From a virus (lineage: Duplodnaviria > Caudoviricetes), in IMG/VR virus record IMGVR_UViG_3300027708_000015: DNA of 64,000 nt. One strand, given 5' to 3'. The notes under the pieces were generated by a model, which was not told where the DNA came from, did not search any database, and worked only from the letters and a program-made list of their open reading frames with translations. The translations under genes were made by a program, and so were the position numbers. Positions 1 to 8,819 of this stretch are shown in pieces (position 1 is the first letter of the stretch; the number at the start of each line of letters is the position of its first letter).

Positions 1-247
1 ACACTAGTTTTTCTTGATCTAAACTTACAGTTTCTGTTGGCGGAACTGGTAATGCATTAATAATCATATTGACAGTGCTGGCTGACTGCCCGCTAGGAAC
101 TGCCCATACTGTCACTGTGTCTGTAACACTGCTACTGGTGTTGCAAATTATAATTGAAGTAATGGCATTTCCAATGCTGGGTGCTGTGACCGCAGGTAGT
201 GTTACTACTAATGGTGAAGTTGTTATCTGTTGTGCATTAAGTGCCAT
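1..247 (-). CDS. Partial small virion-associated hypothetical protein (runs off the left edge)
   Basis: Not in the ORF track. Manual translation from ATG at 247: MALNAQQITTSPLVVTLPAVTAPSIGNAITSIIICNTSSSVTDTVTVWAVPSGQSASTVNMIINALPVPPTETVSLDQEKLV, open to the window edge. Starts 9 nt after the stop of 257..1654, same strand. Confidence 0.7.
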   Translation of the reverse strand, partial: MALNAQQITTSPLVVTLPAVTAPSIGNAITSIIICNTSSSVTDTVTVWAVPSGQSASTVNMIINALPVPPTETVSLDQEKLV

Positions 248-256
248 GTTGTGTCC

Positions 257-1654
257 TTATAGTAAAATACTTAGCAGTACTGCTCGTTTTCTACTTATTA
301 ATTCGTCCGGTGTTTGCACAGTGGAATTTACTATATACAAGCCTGTACGTCCCGGTCCAACTTGAGAGCTGGAATATACTTGAGTGCTACTGGCCATAGT
401 TCCGCTGTTGTACGTCAATGCTGATTGATTGTCAAATCGGGTGTATGCATTAATTTCAACAGTTCCGCTGTTGGCTGTCAGTGTTAGATTGTTACTGCCA
501 ATATCATTTATAGTATCGCCGTAAATTCTAACACTGCCCACAGTCAAACTGCCGTTGGCACTGGTTGTGATTCCGCTAGCAGTTGTTCCTGTTACTGTGG
601 CAAAATATCCCATGGGGTTGGGGTTGGTATTTGGCGTTGTCAAGAACTGGATTGATCCAGTAGCTTGGCTAGTACCAGTAACTGTTACCTGTGCATAGGT
701 ATAGTTGGTAAACGTAAGTCCTGTAGTTGATCCTGCTGTAGTAACTATTGCAAGATTTCCTGGGTAAGTTCTCAGTGTAAACGTATTAAAAGTGTTGGTT
801 GCAGATATTTGATATATTGTTGGATTGCTATAACCAGTAATAGAACCAGTGCCGCTGCCTGCTCCGCTAACAGTGACCTGCATTCCCACAAATAGTGTAG
901 ATGTGTTACAGGTAAACTGACCAGCTGTACCAGCAATTATCACTCCGCTGATTGTAGGAGTACTGGGATACTGGATTGTACTGACCAGTGCTTGTCCTGC
1001 TCCTGCACCACTGTAGCTACTGGCCACATAGTTGTTTAGATATTGCACATTGGGTATGTGCCATGCACTTAGACCCAGTCCAGCATAGTTGTTTGCACTG
1101 GTTAGTAAAGTGTTGGTCGTACCGTTGTACGTTGCACCAGAATTCACTATGGCCAATGCTTTGGTGCCACCTTGCAGATCAAAAGCCAAATCGCCTGTAG
1201 AATCTGCTACCAATGTTCGCACTTGCAATGCATTCAACACTTGACCAGTTGTTGCTCTAGTGCTGGGATTGACTGTTACTGTGTCTAGTAAAAATGTTCC
1301 TGTAACTTCATTGTTCAACACTGCATCGTAGTGACTGACATTTTCATTAAACAACAACTGTCCTGCTGAAGTGTTGCCTCTATCAATTTGTAAACCGCTG
1401 GTACCAGAACCAGCAATAACTGATCCAGTTCCGCCTGAATTTATTTCAATAATATTGTCATTGAGTACACTGGTAGTTGTTTCAATAATAGTCGATGCAC
1501 CTTTGACATCCAAGTTGCCCCAGATAGTCACTGTGCCATAATTTCCGCTGGCATATCGACCAATCGCCGTGCCTGTAGTGTCAAAGATGATATTACCTCC
1601 AGGCCTTACCTGTAAGCTATAATCACCGTTGGCTACTTTGACAATTTTTGACAT
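257..1654 (-). CDS. Thr/Gly/Asn-rich virion structural protein (fibre/decoration-like) with one intact copy of a small beta-domain module
   Basis: 465-aa ORF with beta-rich low-complexity composition in the structural cluster. Contains ISGVIIAGTAGQFTC...VGMQVTVSG...YSNPTIYQISATN...TFTL, a module repeated in the 5323-aa protein. Confidence 0.65.
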   Translation of the reverse strand: MSKIVKVANGDYSLQVRPGGNIIFDTTGTAIGRYASGNYGTVTIWGNLDVKGASTIIETTTSVLNDNIIEINSGGTGSVIAGSGTSGLQIDRGNTSAGQLLFNENVSHYDAVLNNEVTGTFLLDTVTVNPSTRATTGQVLNALQVRTLVADSTGDLAFDLQGGTKALAIVNSGATYNGTTNTLLTSANNYAGLGLSAWHIPNVQYLNNYVASSYSGAGAGQALVSTIQYPSTPTISGVIIAGTAGQFTCNTSTLFVGMQVTVSGAGSGTGSITGYSNPTIYQISATNTFNTFTLRTYPGNLAIVTTAGSTTGLTFTNYTYAQVTVTGTSQATGSIQFLTTPNTNPNPMGYFATVTGTTASGITTSANGSLTVGSVRIYGDTINDIGSNNLTLTANSGTVEINAYTRFDNQSALTYNSGTMASSTQVYSSSQVGPGRTGLYIVNSTVQTPDELISRKRAVLLSILL

Positions 1655-1667
1655 TTAGAATCCTATA

Positions 1668-1685
1668 AGGGCCCCGAAGGGCCCT
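1668..1685 (-). terminator. GC-rich hairpin with UUCG tetraloop (terminator or RNA-stabilising stem)
   Basis: agggccc-cgaa-gggccct, a perfect 7-bp stem between the 593-aa and 465-aa genes. The U-tract is weak, so termination is uncertain. Confidence 0.55.
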
Positions 1686-1694
1686 ATTGGTTTA

Positions 1695-3476
1695 TTACAC
1701 GTTATCGATCTTAACTGAAACGCTGGACACTGCTGAACCAAATGTCCAGTTAACTGTTGCTCCATCTGCAAACTGTGTACCAGTATTGCGTGTTACACGG
1801 CAACGACGGTTAGTGATCTTGCTGACCCAATATGAACCACCAGCTGAGTCGACAGCGTTGATAGCCATTGTGCCACCAACTGTTGGGAAAGCTGTTACCA
1901 ACTTGGCGTAGAATACACCATCAGCATTTTCAACACGGAAACGTTGTGTGTTTTCTTGTTTGATAATGTCAGTGTCTTGACGAGCAACGCCACCAGTTGT
2001 GGCCAATGCCACTGCTTGCATAGCGGCATAGTTACCAGTGTAACCAGTTGTTACCTGTGCGGCAAATGTCATTGTTGCAGCCGCTGATCCTGAACCAAAT
2101 GTGATTGCTGTGTTACCACTTACTACTGTAGTAATTGTCAAACTTGTTGCTGTTGTAACAACTGCGGCATTGCCGCCTACTGAGCTACTTAGAACAATTT
2201 CAGTTGCTCCGTTGACTGCAATAATGTAATAAGTACCAGCTGACAAGCTACCACCTGAACCAGTTGTAACCACTTTCAATCCTGGAACCAATTGGTCTGT
2301 TGAACTTACAGTTTCTTTGTAAAGAACAATTGACAACCCAGTCACTGCACCTGCGGCTCCGCCTGTTGGAGCAGTACCTGCAATAGTTACCAATGTCAAT
2401 GTGCTTGTACCGTTAGTGGCTGTTACCAAATAGCTGTTACCAGTTGAGTATGAGCTGTCGATGAAGTTTGTACTTGCTGTACCAGTAAATGTAACCACCT
2501 GTCCAATATAGAATGTTCCAGCGGCTTGTGCTGTACCCAATGTGATTGTGTTAGTTACTGCACCCACTGTGATTGTACCATAAGCACCACTAGCAATAGT
2601 TGTTACTGTTGTAGCACTAATACCAGGAGTTACTGGAACTGTGTTGATATAACCGTTACCGTTGTTAGTGTATGTAACACCGTTAACACCAAATGTTGCT
2701 GGAGTAATTGTCAAACCGGCACCGCCAGTTACTGCTGGTGTTGGAGTTTGAGCGGCATTTAAACCAGCTGTAACACCTGACTGAGCGTATGTACCACCAG
2801 CTACTACGGCTACGCTCGCTACTGTGTTGTATGTGCCACCAACTACTACGGTTGAAGCTGTAACTGTACCAGAACCTGTTACAGTTGTAATTGCTACTGG
2901 ACTTGCGGCCACTGCATTAGCATATGAACTGGCAAGTGTGATGCTTGTTGAACTACCGACTACAGCAACATAATATGTGCCGTTAGCAAACCCTGTTGCG
3001 GTACCTAGTGTAACACCAGTAACTACAACGTCTTGTCCAACTACGTATGTACCAGAACTAATTGTAGCAACACCAGCAGTTGTAATGTTAGTAATTGCCA
3101 AACCAGTTTGACTAGCTGTTAGAGTTGGAGTATATGTACTTGTAACACCGCCATAAGCTACTGACAAACTACCAGCGCCAGTTGTGTATGCTTTAGTTTG
3201 TGAACCAGCTGAGTTAGTTGTACCAGTTAGAATTGTGAATGTTGGAGTACCAACTGCTGTTACACCACCTTCTGTGCTTAACGCTGGTTTTGGAAATGTT
3301 GTTGTTAATGCGGCTGCTTGAGCTTGAGTATATGAACCAGCTGTACCAACGCTGGCATTAAGAGCTTTTAAACCACCTAGATCGTAGTCTGTTGGCAGTA
3401 AACTTGTATTACCGTATAGGCCTGTGGCACCTGTATTTCTTTTACCAAAATATTTTTTATTTAGAGGACGTCCCAT
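1695..3476 (-). CDS. Thr/Gly/Ala-rich virion structural protein with about three beta-domain repeats
   Basis: 593-aa ORF with AAGGAG RBS and a late promoter upstream. Repeats of the form (Y/F)xxGQxVxxTG...G(T/N)YY(V/I)xxxxxxTxxxL. Confidence 0.65.
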   Translation of the reverse strand: MGRPLNKKYFGKRNTGATGLYGNTSLLPTDYDLGGLKALNASVGTAGSYTQAQAAALTTTFPKPALSTEGGVTAVGTPTFTILTGTTNSAGSQTKAYTTGAGSLSVAYGGVTSTYTPTLTASQTGLAITNITTAGVATISSGTYVVGQDVVVTGVTLGTATGFANGTYYVAVVGSSTSITLASSYANAVAASPVAITTVTGSGTVTASTVVVGGTYNTVASVAVVAGGTYAQSGVTAGLNAAQTPTPAVTGGAGLTITPATFGVNGVTYTNNGNGYINTVPVTPGISATTVTTIASGAYGTITVGAVTNTITLGTAQAAGTFYIGQVVTFTGTASTNFIDSSYSTGNSYLVTATNGTSTLTLVTIAGTAPTGGAAGAVTGLSIVLYKETVSSTDQLVPGLKVVTTGSGGSLSAGTYYIIAVNGATEIVLSSSVGGNAAVVTTATSLTITTVVSGNTAITFGSGSAAATMTFAAQVTTGYTGNYAAMQAVALATTGGVARQDTDIIKQENTQRFRVENADGVFYAKLVTAFPTVGGTMAINAVDSAGGSYWVSKITNRRCRVTRNTGTQFADGATVNWTFGSAVSSVSVKIDNV

Positions 3477-3480
3477 TTTG

Positions 3481-3571
3481 TTTTCTCCTTAGTGAAAAAC
3501 GGCGTTCTAGGCCGTACGCGGTTGGATTTCCGCATAAAACTCACCCCATGTGAGTCATACATTGTATTTAT
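3481..3571 (-). promoter_or_regulatory. Late promoter (ATAAATAC, 3564-3571), ~85-nt leader with three hairpins, and RBS
   Basis: Stems at 3539-3555 (actcac/gtgagt), 3515-3536 (7 bp with one G-U on the minus strand) and 3499-3515 (acggc/gccgt), followed by AAGGAG. Confidence 0.6.
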
Positions 3572-4428
3572 GCGTAGGTGATTCTTAAGCTCGCTTGACT
3601 TAGATAAACTGTATCTCTATGCGGATATATCGCATTGCTTTGAAAACTGACCACAACACCAAATGTAGGATTTGATACCAATTCTTCAGTTAGTTGTACT
3701 CCCCATACAGTTGAGTCACCACCGTATATATTATAATTTTCAACTGGATGTAATGGCTCTAGCAAAGATCCAGTATACATATCACTCTGCACAGGATTTA
3801 TAGTACTGGCAAGATCATTGCCTCCGTTAATTTCTGCGTTGTTTAGTACTAGTTTAATTTTTAAATCTTGTATTCTACCGGCACGTTGTATATCAATAGC
3901 TAAATCCAAACTTGTAACTTTCCTAGTTAATGGATTTAATGCTCTATATGCTGGGTAAACAGTATTAGTCCACCAATTAAAACTAAAAGTATCAGTTACA
4001 TCACCATTCGAAAGTAAAAGCCATTCTCTAGCATCGGCAGCAGTCATTCCTAACCTACTATTCATTGAAGGAGATTTATTAATATTACCATAAGCATAAC
4101 CGCTTACGGGATCTATAGTTGTTAAAAAACTATATAAAGATCCGGTAGTATCGCCAAGAGATATTTGCAGAACTTGATCTCTAATATTGCGTAACAGTTG
4201 AGAATAATCAGCATAACCGGTACAATATAATTCGCTAGTATTGCTTAGAAACTTTTCCATCCATAATCCACTGATCGTATACAAGGGTTTTTTACTTGAT
4301 GCATACGCCCCTGGTACCAGAGCTGTGGGATTAAAATTCCAATCTATACTGGAGATTCCTGTAACTGTATTAGGAATATTAACATTAGTTAAAATTGTTG
4401 GATTTAAAAAAGCTGTGGTAGTGGTCAT
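3568..4428 (-). CDS. Hypothetical protein downstream of major capsid (possible head decoration protein)
   Basis: ORF track gives 3568..4443. The ATG at 4428 (MTTTTAFLNP) is preferred because it follows a TAAATA box and lies downstream of the gp23 terminator. Function inferred from position only. Confidence 0.6.
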   Translation of the reverse strand: MTTTTAFLNPTILTNVNIPNTVTGISSIDWNFNPTALVPGAYASSKKPLYTISGLWMEKFLSNTSELYCTGYADYSQLLRNIRDQVLQISLGDTTGSLYSFLTTIDPVSGYAYGNINKSPSMNSRLGMTAADAREWLLLSNGDVTDTFSFNWWTNTVYPAYRALNPLTRKVTSLDLAIDIQRAGRIQDLKIKLVLNNAEINGGNDLASTINPVQSDMYTGSLLEPLHPVENYNIYGGDSTVWGVQLTEELVSNPTFGVVVSFQSNAIYPHRDTVYLSQASLRITYA

Positions 4429-4446
4429 ATCGTATTTACCCAAAGA

Positions 4447-4470
4447 AAAAGGCTACCGAAGTAGCCTTTT
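4447..4470 (-). terminator. Rho-independent terminator after major capsid gene
   Basis: AAAAGGCUAC-UUCG-GUAGCCUUUUUCUUU on the minus strand; A/T runs on both sides suggest it is bidirectional. Confidence 0.9.
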
Positions 4471-4498
4471 CTATATAACAAACCTCTTGGTTATCAAA

Positions 4499-5674
4499 TT
4501 AACTGAACTTAACGTTAGCTGAAGTGATAGCAACTAGACCTAGATAGTCAGCCGCATTACCTAGAGAAGATGCTGTGTTTGACAACTCAACATAACCATA
4601 ACGTGTCATGAATGAAACGACTGGTTCGAATGTTGATGGGTCAAGTACTACACCACTGCTCATCAATGGAATGTATGGGCAATAGAATGCAGGAGCATCA
4701 GACTCGCTAGCACCTTTGTATCCGATTAGGATAGATGCTGAATCTTGAGCGTATGAGTTAACATAAACCTTCATAGCACCGTTCAATGTACCAACAAACT
4801 TAGTGTTTGTAGGAGCTTCGAAAGTACCTTCTGTTGTACGAGCAAATGCGCTTGTAGTAGCAGATTGTAGAATTGTCAACGCAAATGGTGATACAACAGC
4901 GTAGTTACCAGCACCACGACGTGTACGCTGAGCGATCAAGTTGCTTACGCGATTGATCTGAACAGCTAGAGCGGCATGCTCGTCACCAACGAATGTTGCT
5001 GTACCTGAAACAGCAGACTGGTCATAAGTCTGTGTTGCTGTACCAGCTAGAGTTGTTAGAGATGCAATGATCTCTTGGTCGATTTCAGCAGTGATTTCTT
5101 GTGCCAAAGCAGCCATAACTTCAGCTTCAACGTCAATGCCTTGTTGGGCTTGTGCGTCTTGTGCTGACTCAAATGTCCAACGAGCAGACAATTTACGAGT
5201 TTTAGCTTCAACTGTTTGTTTCAAGATTTGAATGCTTAGTCTGTTACCAGCTACACCTTCTAGCGTTGCTGTTGAAGCGGCTTTAGCAGTCGCATCAGTA
5301 GCGTTACCAGAGTAGGCAGCGGCAATCTTGAATGGGCTCAATGCCTCTTCACCAGCTAACACGTTCGCACCTGTTGATGTATCGCTATAGCGTACACGTA
5401 GGGTGTGAATTTGTCCAACTGGACCAGTCATTGGTTGTACACCAACTAGTTCATTAGCAATGACTGTTGGCATAACGCGACGGATCACTGGAAGGATCAC
5501 GCGGTTTAGTGTTGCGACGTTACCAGCAGAAGTGGCACCAGCTGTAGGACTTTCCATCAAATACTTACGAGTATTTTCTAGAGTAACTCCCATCACTGAT
5601 TTTTTAGTGCCTGACAAGCCTTCTAATAGGGCTTCTTTTGTTTCTGCCCAACGTCCATTAAGTAGTTCTGACAT
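4499..5674 (-). CDS. gp23: Major capsid protein (T4 gp23-like)
   Basis: Motifs LPVIRRVMPTVIANELVGVQPMTGPVGQIHTLRVRY, KQTVEAKTRKLSARWTFESAQD, AFYCPYIPL and TRYG. Follows scaffold and protease genes. Confidence 0.95.
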   Translation of the reverse strand: MSELLNGRWAETKEALLEGLSGTKKSVMGVTLENTRKYLMESPTAGATSAGNVATLNRVILPVIRRVMPTVIANELVGVQPMTGPVGQIHTLRVRYSDTSTGANVLAGEEALSPFKIAAAYSGNATDATAKAASTATLEGVAGNRLSIQILKQTVEAKTRKLSARWTFESAQDAQAQQGIDVEAEVMAALAQEITAEIDQEIIASLTTLAGTATQTYDQSAVSGTATFVGDEHAALAVQINRVSNLIAQRTRRGAGNYAVVSPFALTILQSATTSAFARTTEGTFEAPTNTKFVGTLNGAMKVYVNSYAQDSASILIGYKGASESDAPAFYCPYIPLMSSGVVLDPSTFEPVVSFMTRYGYVELSNTASSLGNAADYLGLVAITSANVKFS

Positions 5675-5685
5675 TTAAATTCTCC

Positions 5686-6789
5686 TTAAATTTTTAGTCC
5701 TGCGAGTCTACGGATTGCAATGATATTGCTATCACCTTCCGTTGTCTCACTGCTACGTGGGTTGTTGGAAATCTTATTTCCGGTTATTTCTTTAGCCTCT
5801 ACTAGTGCCTGTTTCTTCTGCGGAGTCTTGCCATTAATTACTGATGGCAAATACTTTTCAAAACTTTCGTTTAGACGTTCTGTTTTCACAGACTCCATTA
5901 ACTCGCTCATGATTTCACGTTGCTCACTGTTAAGTGGGTTCAGTAACTCGCTCATGATTTGTTTTCTTGTTTGACTCTCTTTAAGAGTACGGATCTCAGC
6001 TTGTTTACTTTCTAAGATCTTTTCTGCTTGCACAACTGCCTGAGCGGCTTCTTGCATTGCTTGATCTTTCAAGTCTATAACTTTGAGTAATTTTGCTGTT
6101 TCCGATTTTTCATTTAGGTAGCTGGACTGATATTCAGCGGCAAAAGCCTCAAATAACTTACGTCCAAAGTCTTGACGACGAGCGGCTTCAATGTCTTCTT
6201 TCAATGTTGCCATTTCAGAACGTAGTCCTGATTCGACAATGCCTTCGACCATTGTTGCGGCACGTTGTACAAACGCTTCTTTTACCTTCTTGATTTCTTG
6301 ACGACCTTCACGAACTAAGCGTACCTTAGTTTCTGCTAGGTCTTTCTTGTCTTGCATAAACTCTGTAATTTCTTGAGCTAGAGCTCCAACTACGAATTGT
6401 TCCAATTTACCAAACTTGCTTGCCATTGTTTTCTGATCTTCATGAAGTTCTTTAACTTCACTAGCTAATTGACGTGTAACAAATTCCTTCATTACACTAG
6501 CGTCTTTCTTCATTTTCTTCGCGTACTTAACTTTCATTTCTGCAAGTTGATTACGGTCATCGGCAAACTCAACGATCTCAGCACTTAATTGTTCAGAGAT
6601 CATGCGATCTACTGCGTCAACCATAGTGTTTTTATCGTGTTCGTATTTTTGTGCGAATTCTTCGCGTAGTTGTTGAGTAAGTACTTCACGTTGCTCGTTG
6701 ATACGAGCTTCAAAAGCATTCTCAATTGACTCTTTGATCTCTTCTGAAATCACATTGTTTTCGAATAAAGATTTTAGTGCATCCAACAT
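5686..6789 (-). CDS. gp22: Prohead core scaffolding protein (gp22-like)
   Basis: 367-aa charged coiled-coil between protease and capsid genes, as in T4 gene order; GGAG RBS. Confidence 0.8.
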   Translation of the reverse strand: MLDALKSLFENNVISEEIKESIENAFEARINEQREVLTQQLREEFAQKYEHDKNTMVDAVDRMISEQLSAEIVEFADDRNQLAEMKVKYAKKMKKDASVMKEFVTRQLASEVKELHEDQKTMASKFGKLEQFVVGALAQEITEFMQDKKDLAETKVRLVREGRQEIKKVKEAFVQRAATMVEGIVESGLRSEMATLKEDIEAARRQDFGRKLFEAFAAEYQSSYLNEKSETAKLLKVIDLKDQAMQEAAQAVVQAEKILESKQAEIRTLKESQTRKQIMSELLNPLNSEQREIMSELMESVKTERLNESFEKYLPSVINGKTPQKKQALVEAKEITGNKISNNPRSSETTEGDSNIIAIRRLAGLKI

Positions 6790-6802
6790 GTGATTCTCCT
6801 TA

Positions 6803-7447
6803 TTATTGGAGTTTGTTTATTATTGCTAATAAACTCTCTTTGAGATATTTCTGTGCTTTGGGGTCACCTTTAACCTCTTGCGCTATACGCAAGGCATTAA
6901 GACCACCGCGATTATTCATCAGGTGTTCATAAATTGGTGTAGGATATGCTCCCGGGGCGCTAGGTTGAGCTACCATATCTACTGTGATAATCTCAAAATC
7001 TGATACTTCACCGGATCCGTCATCTCTGACGTTTCCGGATCCGCGACTTGAAACACCTAATTTTACTCCGCTTTCCAGCATAGTGCGGATTAGTTGTCCC
7101 ATAGGGGTTGGTAAAATTTTCAGTTTACCGTAACCATTAGGCCCGTCCATCCACATATTCACCATCATGTGGGACACACGGTCCAGGTTAATTTTTAGAT
7201 CATCTGGATGATCCACTTCTCCGAGAACTGAATAACCGTTCTGAATCTGATCGTTTAGGGTTTTGACAGCCTTGCCAATCTCATTAACAGGGTAAACACG
7301 CTGGTTAGCGTTGCGTATACCGCCCTGGATGCAAATCCCGGACATGTATAAGTTTTTCCCATCTTTGTCATCAGATTCAACGATCATTTTTGCTTCGTTG
7401 AAACTGAGATTCTCTCGGAGGTATAACATATTTTTCAATGTCATCAA
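6803..7447 (-). CDS. gp21: Prohead protease (gp21-like)
   Basis: GICIQGGIRNANQRVYP, LGEVDHP, VSHM, LGVSSRGSG, DMVAQPSAPGAYP. True start may be ATG 7429. Confidence 0.92.
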   Translation of the reverse strand: MMTLKNMLYLRENLSFNEAKMIVESDDKDGKNLYMSGICIQGGIRNANQRVYPVNEIGKAVKTLNDQIQNGYSVLGEVDHPDDLKINLDRVSHMMVNMWMDGPNGYGKLKILPTPMGQLIRTMLESGVKLGVSSRGSGNVRDDGSGEVSDFEIITVDMVAQPSAPGAYPTPIYEHLMNNRGGLNALRIAQEVKGDPKAQKYLKESLLAIINKLQ

Positions 7448-7450
7448 CTA

Positions 7451-8455
7451 TTACTTGCGTGCCTTAAGGATGGCTTTGGTGTTTTGTTCGCCGCGTTGGC
7501 TACCAACTTCACCTGAATGTGCACCAGCTAACTTGCCTGTGGCTTTGAATTCACCTTGTGCATCAATGCCGCCGCCTTTGACACGAGTCTTGAATGCTGT
7601 CTTACCTGCATCGCCGCCTGGTGTGTTCATTACTTTGCCAATCAATGGCTTGGTACTTGGATCAGCTAGACCACCTTTAGTTCCGCCTGCTTTAACGCCT
7701 GCATCGCCATGCACTTCCACATGATTTTGTGCAATGTTACCAGCTGAACCGCCCATGTCATTGGTCATGTTATCGATCAATGAACGTGTGTTACCGCTTG
7801 CTTTGTAGCTGCCGCCAGTGCTTGCACCAACGTTTTGTAGTTCTGTTTTGCCAGCAAGGTTAGCACCTGAACCGTATGGAACACCAATCTTGTTGACATA
7901 TTCCATCATCTTAGCTAGTTCATCTGCGCCGCCCATGTCTTGGTCGTCCATTCCTGGCTCGTCACCCATGTCGTTGCCCATGTCTGCATCCATTCCCATT
8001 TCTGGTTCTGCATCCATGTGCTCTTCACCTTCTTCACCTTGTAGCAAGTGTTCAAACTCTGCTTTTAGGTCTTCTAGTGCATCTTCTAAATCCATAACGC
8101 GGTCTTCCATGTCGCCGCTTTCTTCGCCTTCTTCGTCACCAAATTCTGACTCTTCGCCATCATCTTCTGCATCATCGGCTTCACCATCATCTTCTGCATC
8201 ATCGGCTTCAGAGTCGCCTGCTTCTGCATCATCTGTTTCGTCATCTTCTGCATCATCGGCTTCGCTGTCGTCTTCAGAATCATCTGAATCACTGTAAGGA
8301 TTGCCAGTATCTTTGCTGAAATCTTCAGCTAATAATTCTTCGTAAATTTCACGTGATTTTCCAACAACGATGTTGTGGAATATTTCTTTTGCTTGGTCTT
8401 GATCATCATTGATCAAAGCTTCAAGCATTGCTTCAAATTGAGCGCGGTCAGTCAT
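7451..8455 (-). CDS. Highly acidic prohead core/internal protein (positional analogue of T4 gp67/gp68)
   Basis: 334 aa with a long D/E-rich repeat tract, between portal and protease genes; late promoter and AGGAG RBS upstream. Confidence 0.6.
   Translation of the reverse strand: MTDRAQFEAMLEALINDDQDQAKEIFHNIVVGKSREIYEELLAEDFSKDTGNPYSDSDDSEDDSEADDAEDDETDDAEAGDSEADDAEDDGEADDAEDDGEESEFGDEEGEESGDMEDRVMDLEDALEDLKAEFEHLLQGEEGEEHMDAEPEMGMDADMGNDMGDEPGMDDQDMGGADELAKMMEYVNKIGVPYGSGANLAGKTELQNVGASTGGSYKASGNTRSLIDNMTNDMGGSAGNIAQNHVEVHGDAGVKAGGTKGGLADPSTKPLIGKVMNTPGGDAGKTAFKTRVKGGGIDAQGEFKATGKLAGAHSGEVGSQRGEQNTKAILKARK
8150..8292. repeat. Imperfect tandem coding repeats (unit ~27 nt, EADDAEDDG/E)
   Basis: catcatcttctgcatcatcggcttc occurs twice in tandem, with degenerate copies nearby; it encodes the acidic tract of 7451..8455. 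Confidence 0.8.
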
Positions 8456-8496
8456 GTTATTTCTCCTGTGAATTGTTTGTAGTACAAGGCTGTAAG

Positions 8497-8504
8497 ATAT
8501 TTAC
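8497..8504 (-). promoter_or_regulatory. gp55-type late promoter (GTAAATAT)
   Basis: TAAATA box about 40 nt upstream of ATG 8455. Confidence 0.6.
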
Positions 8505-8558
8505 TCTTTTAAGTAAAAAGTAGGCAGATATAGGTCAAAAACGACAGATTTTTTTAAA

Positions 8559-8807
8559 TTAAGCAGGAGCGCCAGGTGCTGCCGGAGGAACAGCGTACAT
8601 GTCGTGAATAAATTCTAATTCGCGCTCTTGCTCTAATATGTGTGCTTCTGTGCTTTTACGTAGTTCGTTGATTTGTTTCAGTGTAAGTCTTGTCTTACGT
8701 GTGTCATCACGATGCAAAATGGTGTTATCACGGCCTGCATCATAGCGCAGATCGTTGGCCACATGTCGTGTGTCAGGATCAATGTAAAACAATTCTCGTA
8801 GTATCAT
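8559..8807 (-). CDS. Small hypothetical head-module protein
   Basis: 82-aa ORF between portal and the acidic core protein, with its own ATAAATAC box (8812-8819). Confidence 0.7.
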   Translation of the reverse strand: MILRELFYIDPDTRHVANDLRYDAGRDNTILHRDDTRKTRLTLKQINELRKSTEAHILEQERELEFIHDMYAVPPAAPGAPA

Positions 8808-8811
8808 ACGA

Positions 8812-8819
8812 GTATTTAT
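8812..8819 (-). promoter_or_regulatory. gp55-type late promoter (ATAAATAC) overlapping the portal stop codon
   Basis: ATAAATA-CTCGT-ATG(8807). Confidence 0.65.

Noticed and set aside
8150-8292. Possible CRISPR-like repeat array
   Set aside because: The repeats are contiguous, in-frame and degenerate, with no unique spacers; they encode the acidic tract. No cas genes are present.
7818-8297. Ser-rich 159-aa plus-strand ORF and the Met/Lys-rich 8086..8292 ORF
   Set aside because: Shadow frames of the GAT/GAA repeat tract; no RBS or promoter.
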